64,000 nt of DNA from positions 1,504,001 through 1,568,000 of the forward strand of contig OY843768.1 of assembly GCA_963693095.2 (NCBI GenBank), read 5' to 3'. Under the pieces are notes generated by a model. The model had not been told where the DNA came from, searched no databases, and saw only the letters and a program-made list of their open reading frames with translations. The DNA is from Cenarchaeum sp. Lineage in GTDB: Archaea; Thermoproteota; Nitrososphaeria; Nitrososphaerales; Nitrosopumilaceae. The translations under genes and the position numbers were made by a program. Below, piece after piece: positions 1-9,708 of this stretch. Position 1 is the first letter of the stretch. Each line of letters begins with the position of its first letter.

Positions 1-600
1 GCGCAGGCCGACTGCGCCGAGGAGAGCCGGCAGGAGTAGAACGAGTGCGGGTATCATCGGTATGACACGCTCGTTGGCGTACATGCTGTCAGTTGGCGGC
101 GTTACAAAGGGGAGCGAAAATAGCGCAGGCACACTCTCTATGCCGAGCGTGTTGCCCTCGAGGAACTCGGTGGCCGCAAAGCCAAACATGATGTTGACAA
201 AGAACGACCCCAGGATGAGAACCTTGGTGAGCTGCCACATGGCAAACTGGACGCCGCCGAGGCGATAGTCGGCAAAGCTCTCAACGCTCTGCGCTATCTG
301 CTCGCGCGACCCGCGCGAGGCCATCGAGACTGCCGAGGCGATGATGTACCAGAATATCGACTTGCGCGAGGCGCCGTTCACGCGAACCAGCGCGATGGCC
401 GCGAGTATGAGGCCAGAGGTGATCGAGTATATGAGCGGCTTTGTGAACTTGTCGCCAAACTCTGTCACGTTCATCGAGAGGTTTACGCCCTGGTTGCCGA
501 TTATGAGAAATCCCGCCACGGCGAGGGCCGCCACGACGATCAGGCGGACATACTTGCCCGCGTTGGGCGGGGGCGCGCTCTGGGTCGACTCGCTATACAA
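1..600 (-). CDS. UPF0182-family membrane protein, N-terminal part (runs off the window's left edge)
   Basis: Manually translated open frame from TTG at 600: MYSESTQSAPPPNAGKYVRLIVVAALAVAGFLIIGNQGVNLSMNVTEFGDKFTKPL..., with several hydrophobic segments. Resembles the thaumarchaeal UPF0182 N-terminus. AT-rich TTAATTAA at about 625-632 upstream. Confidence 0.7.
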   Translation of the reverse strand, partial: MYSESTQSAPPPNAGKYVRLIVVAALAVAGFLIIGNQGVNLSMNVTEFGDKFTKPLIYSITSGLILAAIALVRVNGASRKSIFWYIIASAVSMASRGSREQIAQSVESFADYRLGGVQFAMWQLTKVLILGSFFVNIMFGFAATEFLEGNTLGIESVPALFSLPFVTPPTDSMYANERVIPMIPALVLLLPALLGAVGLR

Positions 601-716
601 ACTGGCGTCATGCTCACATGGTGCTTAATTAATGCCATGGCTCGGCACGCCCACACGGGCGTGGAATGGCCGGTGCGCTAGGCTCTCCCCCCTGCGGCAG
701 GGGCAGGAATGGTGCC

Positions 717-1832
717 CTATGGCGCCTCGGGCACAGTCGCGATGCCCTTGCAGACCATATAGACGGCCGCATAGAGGGGAACCGTGACGCGCTCGCGCGA
801 GTACGGCCCGAGGCTCCGCTTTTTGCCCAGCGAGAACCTGTGGGGGCACTCGGCGATGACCTCAACGGGCCGGTCGCCAAGAAGGCACGACTCGGTGTAC
901 GCGCTGGCCGAGGACTCGCCGGCCGGAACCTTTGAGAGGCCGCTCTTGCCGTTGATCGAGCCGGGCAGCCTGAATATGCGGTGAATGTCTCCGGTCACCT
1001 GCGGGTCTATGCGCACGCCAATGCCGCGAGCCACCGAGTCGATGGCACTCTGAAACGCCGAGTGATCAGAGGAGGCCTTTTTCATCCTCTCGGCTCCGAG
1101 GCTCGAGGCGAGACGTCCGTGCCAGCCGGGATCGTTCCGTGAGGGAAGGTCGGGCACCTTGCCGGCGCGCCGCTGCACGCCATAGGCCTCCGGTATCGCC
1201 CCGCGAAACATGACATAGTCTGCAAGCTCGCGCCGTTCGCGAGAGCCGAGTGGCGCGTATGCGTCATCATGCACATGTATGTGGTATCCCTCGTTGCCAG
1301 AAAAGTACACGTTCACCGAGTCCGCATCCACCCCAAGGTCGTCTGAGAGCACGACGAGCAGCCTGCCGACCTCGACGTGCGCGGCCTTTATGCACTTTGG
1401 ACACGGTAGCGAGCGTACCGACACCTTTTGGGAGCTGCATGCGGAGCACTTCTTTTGTTCGGCCGTCGAGACGCGACTGCACTCCGAGCACACTGCAACG
1501 CTGTGACTATCGCGGCACGAGAGTGCGAGGTCCTTTGCGTCAATGTCAAAGATGAGATCCGCCTCGCGCCACTCTTTCTCCTTCATTGGCATGGACGGAA
1601 AGAGATATCGCGCGTTGGAGCAATATACATCAGAGGGCGCCTCACTCACAAGGAGCACACGCAGTGCGCGTTCATCCTCGTAGGACTGGTGGCGAACCAT
1701 CCCGTCATGGCCGACGCGCTGGAAGCCAAACTCGCGCTCGACCATGTGCTCAGGGTTGATCACGCGGTCATGGCGCTCAAGATAGTACTCTTTTATCGCC
1801 GCGCGCACGAGGTCGGCATCGGCGTCGTTCAC
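717..1832 (-). CDS. priS: DNA primase small (catalytic) subunit
   Basis: REFGF, LIFDIDAKDL, YFSGNEGYHIH and RIFRLPGSINGKSG motifs; Cys-rich insert. Confidence 0.95.
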   Translation of the reverse strand: MNDADADLVRAAIKEYYLERHDRVINPEHMVEREFGFQRVGHDGMVRHQSYEDERALRVLLVSEAPSDVYCSNARYLFPSMPMKEKEWREADLIFDIDAKDLALSCRDSHSVAVCSECSRVSTAEQKKCSACSSQKVSVRSLPCPKCIKAAHVEVGRLLVVLSDDLGVDADSVNVYFSGNEGYHIHVHDDAYAPLGSRERRELADYVMFRGAIPEAYGVQRRAGKVPDLPSRNDPGWHGRLASSLGAERMKKASSDHSAFQSAIDSVARGIGVRIDPQVTGDIHRIFRLPGSINGKSGLSKVPAGESSASAYTESCLLGDRPVEVIAECPHRFSLGKKRSLGPYSRERVTVPLYAAVYMVCKGIATVPEAP

Positions 1833-2848
1833 TGCTCGCGCCTCCGGCCAAACTGCATCGGGCTTATTATCCCGTCACACTCGCTAGTCGCAAAGCAGAG
1901 GTTCTGCGTGCGCAGCTTGTCACATAGGGGGCACGAGTATTTTGTGCCGCCGTCAGCGCCCGATATGTTGTTGAGCTGGTACAGCGTAGTGCGCTCGTTA
2001 TAGTCAGGTGCGCCCTTGAAGAGCGGCGCAATCTTTTCGACGTCCCATCCTCGCCCGAGGAGGAACGTGGCGAGCATAAAGCGGCCAGAGTGCGGCAGGT
2101 TCTCGCCGCGCTCGAGAACCTCAAGCGCGTGCTTTATGCAGGGAGGATGCTCGCCTGTGACTTTGACGTACTTTGGCTCAAGCGCCACGGTGAGCTCTTT
2201 TATGCGCGCAACTGGCGCCTCAAAGTTCGGAAGCATCGGCGCTGTCGGACCCTGGCGTATGCGCTCAACTATATGGTCTGCGAGCTCTTGGCGGACAAGG
2301 CGAACCACCTGGTGTGCCGTGAGGCGAACCATTCCGCCGTCGATCTTGCGGTTGACGAGCTTCCACTCGCGCTCGTTAAAGTTCACCGAACGTGTGACAT
2401 AGCTCGGGACAGGAATCGTGTATCCAGACTCATCACGCCTCACCTCGACTGAAAAGAGCTCGGCGAGCATTCTTGCCGGCATGTCCCTGCTGCGCGACTC
2501 GCGCCCGAGACTCCCCTCTAGGAACTTTTCGGCACGGCGCGATTCGGAGAGCGCAAACCTCCGAACAAGCGATCTCGCACCAGAGATCTTTAGAATTACC
2601 ACTGCGAGGAGAAAGGAAAAGACCTCCCTGTCTAGAATGCGCGGATCCGTCGTCGTCGAGTCTAGCTCTGAGGAGTAGACGAGGCCATCGGCAGCAGCCT
2701 CTATTCGGCGCATTGCGCGCTCGACATATGGAACAAAGTCTGGATCGCTCCCGAGATTGTCTATCGTAAAGCCCTTTGATGCCATGTACTTGCCGGAGTC
2801 CTCTAGGAACGGATACATCGCATACTCTTTCGAGCCAATTCCCTCCAC
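1829..2848 (-). CDS. priL: DNA primase large subunit
   Basis: YPFL N-terminus, PPCI..GENLPHSGRF, APDYNE, and YSCPLCDKL Fe-S motifs. GTG start at 2848 chosen from the TATA-like TTTAAGTAA about 25 nt upstream. Overlaps priS by ATGA. Confidence 0.93.
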   Translation of the reverse strand: MEGIGSKEYAMYPFLEDSGKYMASKGFTIDNLGSDPDFVPYVERAMRRIEAAADGLVYSSELDSTTTDPRILDREVFSFLLAVVILKISGARSLVRRFALSESRRAEKFLEGSLGRESRSRDMPARMLAELFSVEVRRDESGYTIPVPSYVTRSVNFNEREWKLVNRKIDGGMVRLTAHQVVRLVRQELADHIVERIRQGPTAPMLPNFEAPVARIKELTVALEPKYVKVTGEHPPCIKHALEVLERGENLPHSGRFMLATFLLGRGWDVEKIAPLFKGAPDYNERTTLYQLNNISGADGGTKYSCPLCDKLRTQNLCFATSECDGIISPMQFGRRREQ

Positions 2849-2996
2849 GGCAGCGCGGCGAGGCGCGGTTTTACTTAAAGGTCTAGCGCAAGAGTCCCCG
2901 TGAACAGTGTCGGAGGGCAAGCCCTCATGTGTCCAATGGCAGGAATTACGGCGCTCACGGCATAACCATTTTAAGTGGACACACGGTACGGCTCCC

Positions 2997-3563
2997 ATGG
3001 AGAAAAGAAACGGCCGATGTGTCCTGACTCTAGAGGCAATACCCGACCTGACCATGAGGCAATGGAAGCAGGTCATGGATCAGTATGACTTTAGCGGGTC
3101 GGCATACCCAAGCAAGCAGAAACCGATGGAGCCGATATACATTGACGATGACGAGTACCTAGCGGCGCAAGAGGCCGCAAAGGAGGCGGCCAGGCAAACG
3201 GCGCCGAAAAAACACGGGAGGAGGATCCTGACGCCAGAGGAGATACCAGACCTGACCATGAGGCAATGGAAGCAGGTCATGGATCAGTATGACTTTAGCG
3301 GGTCGGCATACCCAAGCAAGCAGAAACCGATGGAGCCGATATACATTGACGATGACGAGTACCTAGCGGCGCAAGAGGCCGCAAAGGAGGCGGCCAGGCA
3401 AACGGCGCCGAAAAAACACGGGAGGAGGATCCTGACGCCAGAGGAGATACCAGACCTGACCATAAGGCAATGGAAGCAGGTCATGGATCAGTATGACTTT
3501 AGCGGGTCGGCATACCCAAGCAAGCAGAAACCGATGGAGCCGATATACATTGACGATGAGTGA
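2997..3563 (+). CDS. Hypothetical protein made of ~2.6 copies of a 68-aa repeat
   Basis: ATG at 2997 preceded by TTTTAAG. The repeat IPDLTMRQWKQVMDQYDFSGSAYPSKQKPMEPIYIDD occurs three times in frame. Confidence 0.6.
   Translation: MEKRNGRCVLTLEAIPDLTMRQWKQVMDQYDFSGSAYPSKQKPMEPIYIDDDEYLAAQEAAKEAARQTAPKKHGRRILTPEEIPDLTMRQWKQVMDQYDFSGSAYPSKQKPMEPIYIDDDEYLAAQEAAKEAARQTAPKKHGRRILTPEEIPDLTIRQWKQVMDQYDFSGSAYPSKQKPMEPIYIDDE
3039..3559 (+). repeat. 204-bp tandem repeat, about 2.6 nearly identical copies
   Basis: CCTGACCAT anchor at 3047, 3251 and 3455 (period 204). Confidence 0.97.
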
Positions 3564-3620
3564 TGGCGGCACTGGTATTGGAAAAGCAGGACGACACTTG
3601 AAAAAATGAATTACAGAATA

Positions 3621-4031
3621 CACCAGAGCCTATGGGCAGGGTCTGCTCTATGCGGGCATTCCCAGCTGCGTCATGTCGAATCCCCTGACGAGACGCCATT
3701 CTCTTCCCTCGGGAATGATCGGCTCCATGGGCGTCTCAACTGGCTCTATCATGCCGATCCTCTTGGCCTCGGCAATCACATCCCATGCCTCTTTCTCGGA
3801 GAGCGATCCCACAATCCGCGTTATGAGCTCCTCCAAGGGCGCAGAACCGCAGTATTGGAGAATATTGGCAATGAGCCTCAGGTCATCACGCCATGCCGGA
3901 TTCATTGAAAACCAACAGAATAGTGGAATTATTAAGCGTATGTGGCGCGTATAAAAAACACACATGGGAACTAGCACTCCACGACGTTGCCAGAAAAGAC
4001 GGATCATGGCGCGCACCAGAGCCTATGGGCA
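3621..4031. repeat. 18-bp perfect direct repeat CACCAGAGCCTATGGGCA (3621-3638 and 4014-4031) bracketing a small gene
   Basis: Read directly from the sequence. Confidence 0.9.
3648..3905 (-). CDS. Small hypothetical protein (85 aa), possibly winged-helix
   Basis: MNPAWRDDLRLIANILQYCGSAPLEELITRIV...EAWDVIAEAKRIGMIE...EWRL has a wHTH-like helix-helix-helix-wing pattern. AT-rich TTAATAAT upstream on the minus strand. Confidence 0.5.
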   Translation of the reverse strand: MNPAWRDDLRLIANILQYCGSAPLEELITRIVGSLSEKEAWDVIAEAKRIGMIEPVETPMEPIIPEGREWRLVRGFDMTQLGMPA

Positions 4032-4264
4032 CTGCTTGTTGGACTCTTGTCCGTCGTGTCAGTTCCCATAATCATTGTTGCAGGACACATTAGCTCAATT
4101 CTCGTCTAGAGAGACAACTCGCGCACGTGCAGAAACATGCCATGCCGATTGCGTCTGCGCAGCATGGCGCACGCGCGGGCGGGGATGCCCATTCTGCGGC
4201 ACCCGCAGGCGCGCGCTGTGGTGAGCGCACCTTTAAGTGGGCTCCCCTGTGGGGTGCGCGCACA

Positions 4265-5107
4265 ATGGCTCAGATAGGCTGCCATGTCTCGATAGCCGGA
4301 GGAATCGGCAACGCGCCCGGCTATGCGGCCGAGCGCTCGTGTGCGGCGTTCCAGGTGTTTACGCGCAACCCGCGCGGATGGGCCGCAAAGGACCTCGATG
4401 CCGAGGCCATAGGCCTGTACAAGGCCAACCTAGAGTCATCTGGCATAGTCGCCGAGAACACGTGCGCGCACATGCCATACCTGCCAAACCTCGCCTCGAC
4501 AAAGCCTGACGGGCACGCAAAGTCAGTCGCCGCGCTAGTCGAGGAGGTAAAGCGCTGCGGCAAGCTCGGCATACCATACCTCGTCACGCACCTAGGCAGC
4601 CACCTCGGAGCCGGCGAGGAGGCCGGAATAAAGCAGCTCGTCGTCGCGTACAAAAAGGCCGCGACCGTAAAGAACGGCGTGACGATACTACTAGAGAACA
4701 CGGCAGGCCAAAAGAACTCTGTCGGCTCGGACTTTGCGCAGCTCGGCAACATCCTGGGCCAGCTAACCCCGTCGGACAGGTTTGGCGTCTGCATCGACAC
4801 GTGCCACGCGTTTGCGTACGGGTATGACCTACGCACAGAAAAGGGCGTGCGTGACTCGTTTGCGCTGCTCGATGAGAGCGTCGGGAAGGGCAGCCTAAAG
4901 ATACTCCACCTCAATGACGCAAAGGCGGGCCTGGGCTCAAACCTCGACAGGCATCACCACATCGGCCTCGGCGAGATAGGCAAGGCCGGCATGCGGGCCA
5001 CGGTCAGGATCGCCGCGAGGCGCCACGTGCCCATAATACTCGAAACGCCAATAGACTCGGTTCGCGATGACTATGAGAACGTCAGGGTGGCCAAGTCCCT
5101 TGTATAG
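4265..5107 (+). CDS. nfo: Endonuclease IV (AP endonuclease)
   Basis: GCHVSIAGG, HMPYLPNLAS, LLENTAGQ, CIDTCH, HLND, DRHHHIG and ILETP motifs. Confidence 0.96.
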   Translation: MAQIGCHVSIAGGIGNAPGYAAERSCAAFQVFTRNPRGWAAKDLDAEAIGLYKANLESSGIVAENTCAHMPYLPNLASTKPDGHAKSVAALVEEVKRCGKLGIPYLVTHLGSHLGAGEEAGIKQLVVAYKKAATVKNGVTILLENTAGQKNSVGSDFAQLGNILGQLTPSDRFGVCIDTCHAFAYGYDLRTEKGVRDSFALLDESVGKGSLKILHLNDAKAGLGSNLDRHHHIGLGEIGKAGMRATVRIAARRHVPIILETPIDSVRDDYENVRVAKSLV

Positions 5108-5139
5108 GAATTTAGCACAGTGTGTCCGGGGCGCGCGCA

Positions 5140-6621
5140 ATGGACTATGACAGCGTGATGAACCTGGCCCTCGAGCGAGGGTTTTACTTTCCTAGCGGGG
5201 GCGCGTATGCCGATGCGCAGGCCGGCTTTTGGGAGTACGGGCCCAACGGCGTGGGCCTAAAGGGCAGGTTTGTCGAGCTCTGGCGGCGCTCGCTTGTGAG
5301 GCGCGCGCAGATGATCGAGATAGACGGCTCGCAGGTCATGCCGCCCTCCGTGTTCGAGTCCTCTGGCCACCTTGCGAGCTTTTCAGACCCCGTCATACAG
5401 TGCACCGCGTGCTCGGCGACGTACCGCGCCGACAAGCTCCTCGCAGGCGACGGTGCGCTGCATGAGGGCTCGGAGCCCTCCGAGATCGATGCTGCCGTGG
5501 CCAGTCGGGGCGTGGCATGCCCCGGATGCGGCGGCGCGCTCGGCCCGTCGCGCAGGTTCAACATGATGTTTGGACTCGGCATAGGTCCCGGCGCCGAGCC
5601 GGCGTACCTGCGGCCCGAGACGTGCCAGTCGATATTTGTCGACTTTCCGCGCATATACAAGACGATGAGGGGTCGCCTCCCGCTTGGCATAGCGCAGGTC
5701 GGCAAGAGCTTTCGAAACGAGATAGCGCCGCGCCAGAGCCTCCTGCGCCTGCGCGAGTTCTACCAGGCCGAGATCGAGGTGTTCTGCAACCCAAACAGGC
5801 TAGATGACGTCGCCCCGTTTGGCGAGATAGCCGACACGACCATACGCATACATGACGGCGAGGTGACCGAAAAGATGACGTGCGCGCACGCCGTCGAGTC
5901 TGGCGTGATCGCAAACCGCACGATCGCCTACTATGTCGGCCTTCTCTCCGAATTTTACGCAAGGACGGGAATCGACATGGAGCGCACGCGCTTTCGCCGG
6001 CTCTCCGGCACTGAAAAGGCGTTCTATGCGACCACTGCACTTGACTTTGAGGCCGAGGTCTCAACAGGGTGGCTCGAGCTAGTCGCGTGCAACTATCGGG
6101 CCGACTATGACCTAAAGGGCCACGCAAAGGGATCGGGCGAAAAGTTTGAGGTCATGGACGGCGAGGAGAAGGTTCTCCCGCACGTCTTTGAGATATCGAT
6201 GGGAATAGACCGCAGCCTCTACACGATACTCGAGCACTCGTTGCGCAAGGACACCGAGAACGACCGGACAGTCCTCTCGCTGAGGCCGCACATGGCGCCG
6301 ATCCAGGTCGGCATCCTCTCGCTCGTGAAAAAGGACGGCCTCGCCGAGAGGGCCAACGAGGTGTACAGGTCTGTCCGTGAGGACTATGCGGCGTTCCTTG
6401 ACCACTCTGGCGCCATCGGCCGGCGCTACCGCAGGCTCGATGAGGCCGGCGCGCCGCTAGCAGTCACCGTCGACCACCAGACCCTGGAGGACGGGACCGT
6501 GACGCTGCGGAGGCGCGACTCGATGGCCCAGGAGCGCATCGCCGCCTCTGATCTAGGGGCCGCAATAGGCGCCGAGGTCGCGTTTCCGGCCTCGCGTGAG
6601 GCTCCACGCGTAGAAAACTAA
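5140..6621 (+). CDS. glyS: Glycyl-tRNA synthetase (archaeal/eukaryotic type)
   Basis: SGHLASFSDP, YLRPETCQ, AQVGKSFRNEI, RLREFYQAEIE and IGRRYRRLDE motifs. Confidence 0.96.
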   Translation: MDYDSVMNLALERGFYFPSGGAYADAQAGFWEYGPNGVGLKGRFVELWRRSLVRRAQMIEIDGSQVMPPSVFESSGHLASFSDPVIQCTACSATYRADKLLAGDGALHEGSEPSEIDAAVASRGVACPGCGGALGPSRRFNMMFGLGIGPGAEPAYLRPETCQSIFVDFPRIYKTMRGRLPLGIAQVGKSFRNEIAPRQSLLRLREFYQAEIEVFCNPNRLDDVAPFGEIADTTIRIHDGEVTEKMTCAHAVESGVIANRTIAYYVGLLSEFYARTGIDMERTRFRRLSGTEKAFYATTALDFEAEVSTGWLELVACNYRADYDLKGHAKGSGEKFEVMDGEEKVLPHVFEISMGIDRSLYTILEHSLRKDTENDRTVLSLRPHMAPIQVGILSLVKKDGLAERANEVYRSVREDYAAFLDHSGAIGRRYRRLDEAGAPLAVTVDHQTLEDGTVTLRRRDSMAQERIAASDLGAAIGAEVAFPASREAPRVEN

Positions 6622-6648
6622 TAAGCAAACGCCTGCGGTGCGCCGGCC

Positions 6649-7803
6649 ATGGGGAGCGTGGGGGCGCCACAGGGCACGCAGGTCTCGATAATCATACCGA
6701 CATACAACGAGGCTCCAAACATCGTGGGCATGCTGCGCTCGATACGCGAGCACGTCTCGAGGGTCGCGCGAGTCGAGGCCATAGTGGTCGATGACGGCTC
6801 GCCAGACGGGACGGCCGGCATAGTCAGGGACTATATCCGCGGCGAGGCAAAGGTCGAGGGGTACAGCGTCGACATTGTGCAGAGGCAGCAGAAAAAGGCC
6901 GGCCTGAGCTCGGCAATACTCCACGGCGTGAGGCGCGCGGCCGGAAGCGTCATCGTCGTCATGGACAGCGACTTTTCGCACCCCCCGCACGTCATACCGA
7001 GAATGCTAGAGGCACTGCGCCAGCAGTGCGACATTGTCGTGGCCTCTAGGTACATGGGTGGTGGCGGCGTCGTGGGCTGGCCGCTGCGCCGGCGCATCGC
7101 AAGCAGGATCGCCACGGCGATTGCCAGGGTTGGCCTCGGCGTCGAGCAGTCAGACCCAATGTCCGGATTCTTTGCGTTTCGGAGCAGCGTCATGCGCGGA
7201 CTAGACCTGGATGCGATCGGCTACAAGCTTCTCCTCGAGGTTCTCGTAAAGGCCAGGGGAGCTCGCATAAAGGAGATACCATACACGTTCACCGACAGGG
7301 CCGCCGGCTCGAGCAAGCTCGGGGCGCGCACAGTCATTGACTATATGCGATCCGTGTGGAGGCTCTATCGCGGCGGCGCGCGGCGCGAGAGGCGCGCGTC
7401 AGTCAGGTTTGCCTCAAAGGCCGCGCGCTTTTACACCGTCGGCGCGCTGGGTCTTGGCGTCAACTGGCTAGTCTCCATGCTCTTTGCCGGCGGCGGCGGG
7501 CTCTGGTACATACATGCCAACATTGCCGGAATTGCCGCATCGGTAATGACAAACTTTATCCTCAACAAAAAGTGGACGTTTGAGGACGGCGACTTTGGCG
7601 TGCGCAGGACGCTCTCGCAGGGGGCTCGCTTTGCTGCAATAAGCTCGCTTGGCGCAGCCATCCAGCTCGGAGCCGTGTACATGCTAGTCGAGCAGTATGG
7701 CATGCCCCACGGTGGAGCGCTAGTCATCGCCGTGGCAGCGGCCTCGCTTGGCAACTTTGTCCTAAACAAGACGCTCACCTTTAGGGAGCGCCTGTGGTCC
7801 TAG
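6649..7803 (+). CDS. Polyprenol-phosphate glycosyltransferase (GT2, DPM1-like) fused to a GtrA-like flippase domain
   Basis: IIIPTYNE, VVDDGSPDGT, VMDSDFSHPP and DPMSGFF motifs; C-terminal 4-TM segment with NFILNKKWTF. Confidence 0.9.
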   Translation: MGSVGAPQGTQVSIIIPTYNEAPNIVGMLRSIREHVSRVARVEAIVVDDGSPDGTAGIVRDYIRGEAKVEGYSVDIVQRQQKKAGLSSAILHGVRRAAGSVIVVMDSDFSHPPHVIPRMLEALRQQCDIVVASRYMGGGGVVGWPLRRRIASRIATAIARVGLGVEQSDPMSGFFAFRSSVMRGLDLDAIGYKLLLEVLVKARGARIKEIPYTFTDRAAGSSKLGARTVIDYMRSVWRLYRGGARRERRASVRFASKAARFYTVGALGLGVNWLVSMLFAGGGGLWYIHANIAGIAASVMTNFILNKKWTFEDGDFGVRRTLSQGARFAAISSLGAAIQLGAVYMLVEQYGMPHGGALVIAVAAASLGNFVLNKTLTFRERLWS

Positions 7804-8093
7804 CGTCGGCGGATGCGGCGGTACGCGCGAATGGCCAGGCGCACGACGTTATCATCATAGCCGAGCCTGTCAAACACGCGTCGCAGCACATAGAGGCGCA
7901 CAAATGATGCGGCCGCAAAGACGGCCGTGATCGCCGCGTTGGCCACGAGCGGATCCTCCTGCATCCAGCCCGTCGTGGCAGGCAGGACCGCGATGCCCAC
8001 GGCATAGCCGACCGGATAGCCCCCAAACGTGTTGACGAGAGCCTCAGAGAGGCTCTTTGAGCGCGTGTCATGCTTTGTGGAGTCCGGGCCCAT
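7800..8093 (-). CDS. Small two-TM membrane protein
   Basis: DTRSKSLSEALVNTFGGY...ITAVFAAASFVRLYVLRRVF; TATA-like CTTATAG about 25 nt upstream. Confidence 0.65.
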   Translation of the reverse strand: MGPDSTKHDTRSKSLSEALVNTFGGYPVGYAVGIAVLPATTGWMQEDPLVANAAITAVFAAASFVRLYVLRRVFDRLGYDDNVVRLAIRAYRRIRRR

Positions 8094-8305
8094 GTGCGCA
8101 TCGGCGCAGGCGCCCACGCTATAAGCCTGCGCACGGCAGGGTCGCGCCTCCTGCTAGCCGGCGGCGTTTGCTGGTCAGGCGATACGTCCAATCCGGCCCA
8201 CAGTCGACACGACCCGAGCCCACGCGCAAAAACACGCGTCGGCCCTGCCGTGCATGACTCAGGTATCAAACCAGACTTATATTAGATTATCCATTCGTCT
8301 GCGGC

Positions 8306-9121
8306 ATGGCTCAGGCCGCCGTGCACGGCAACCTGCTCTCCTACAAGCTTTACACAAGGCCAAAGGCGCAGGCTTCCTATGGGCATGGACACGCAAAGAC
8401 CGTGCGGCAGCTCAACGCGCAGCACATACTCGGCGTCCTAGCCGAGAATGGCGCGTGCTCGACATGGGAGATGGCCAAGGTGAGGATGCCAAACGACCTC
8501 GAGGGCACCAGGGAGAAGGAGAAGGACTTTCGGCGCATCATTGGCGGGAGGCGCGATCGCGGAAGGCACTCACCAGGCATGGCCGAGTCGGGCCTCATCA
8601 CAGGCGAGCTCGCCGGCAGCTCGAGAAAGTACCGCCTCACGCCCCACGGCATGCTCTACTGCATCGACTCGCTGCACATGAGCGACACGCAGATCGACAG
8701 GATGGCCGCCGCGTATGGCAGCGTGCTTCCGAGGGTCTTTGGGCGATGGGAACACCTCAAGGAGACGCTCGGCGATGGCGCGTATAGGATACGCACCCTT
8801 GCGTGCGGCCTCCTTTTGGACAATCCGGCGATTCAGCGTGATGCGACTAGCCCGATATACGAGCTAATGTCATACATACAGCTAAAGTACCATCGTAGCT
8901 TTGAGGTGATGCGCGAGGAGAGTCTAGCCGAACAGATGGCGTACTGGTACTATACGTGCATCCTGTACGACTCGGCGCCGAGCGCAAAGCGCGCAAGTAA
9001 ACGCCTGCGCATGCTGCGCGAGGCACTCGGTGACATGCATGTGTGGTACTCGGAGTTTGTAAAGGAGGCCGACGAGCACTATCGCCAGAGGGCGCATGCG
9101 ATAGGCGCGGCCGGAATATAG
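8306..9121 (+). CDS. Conserved hypothetical protein with an N-terminal winged-helix-like domain
   Basis: ILGVLAENGACSTWEMAK...GLI...KYRLTPHGM; TTATATTA upstream; typical codon usage. Confidence 0.7.
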   Translation: MAQAAVHGNLLSYKLYTRPKAQASYGHGHAKTVRQLNAQHILGVLAENGACSTWEMAKVRMPNDLEGTREKEKDFRRIIGGRRDRGRHSPGMAESGLITGELAGSSRKYRLTPHGMLYCIDSLHMSDTQIDRMAAAYGSVLPRVFGRWEHLKETLGDGAYRIRTLACGLLLDNPAIQRDATSPIYELMSYIQLKYHRSFEVMREESLAEQMAYWYYTCILYDSAPSAKRASKRLRMLREALGDMHVWYSEFVKEADEHYRQRAHAIGAAGI

Positions 9122-9123
9122 CA

Positions 9124-9486
9124 TCAGCGCGCGTGCTTTGCTATCGCCGACTCTAGATCCTTTAGGAGGAGCGGTTTGTTGAGGAGCGCGCAGAGTCCCT
9201 GCGACTGGACGCTCTTGTAGCGTTCACCGTCTAGCGCATAGCTTGACGTGAACACGACGCGCGCATCAGAGTCCTCTTTGCGTATTCGCTCAAAGGCCTC
9301 ATAGCCGTCAATTCCGGGCATCTTTATGTCGAGGAACGTGATGTCAGGTGCCTCCTCGCGGTGCATCTCGACGGCATTGTTCCCGTCTGTGGCCGTGAGG
9401 ACATTATACCCGCAGTCCATGAGCATGAGCTGCGAGGACTCCAAAAAGTCAGCATCATCGTCTACAAAGAGTATCTTTTTGGACAT
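9124..9486 (-). CDS. Single-domain response regulator (CheY-like receiver)
   Basis: ILFVDDD, FLDIKMPGIDG, FTSS and KP motifs. Confidence 0.93.
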   Translation of the reverse strand: MSKKILFVDDDADFLESSQLMLMDCGYNVLTATDGNNAVEMHREEAPDITFLDIKMPGIDGYEAFERIRKEDSDARVVFTSSYALDGERYKSVQSQGLCALLNKPLLLKDLESAIAKHAR

Positions 9487-9677
9487 CGTGACCGTCCACG
9501 GCTGCAGGCGCGGCGCGTTAAGTGTGTTGCGCAGGCGGGCAGTGCATGATGCCGGGAGGCCGGCGATCCCCGGCGGCAGGGACACGCGTGCGCCACGTTT
9601 GGCGCTGCGCGCGGCTAGGGCGGCTCGGCCACCACTGCTAGACGGGCACAGGCCATTATGCTAGCGCGCTATTCAGC

Positions 9678-9686
9678 TTAAATAAA
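9678..9686 (+). promoter_or_regulatory. Archaeal TATA box for purA (likely leaderless)
   Basis: TTAAATAAA in a GC-rich background, 22 nt before ATG 9709. Confidence 0.65.
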
Positions 9687-9708
9687 CCCGTGAGCGCAGC
9701 GGCGCGCG

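Noticed and set aside
3039-3559. Possible CRISPR array
   Set aside because: Units are 204-bp contiguous in-frame coding repeats with no unique spacers, and there are no cas genes.
3125-3730. Shared PMEPI / ATGGAGCCGAT between the repeat ORF and the neighbouring minus-strand gene
   Set aside because: Only 11 bp (5 aa) with no further similarity; likely chance.
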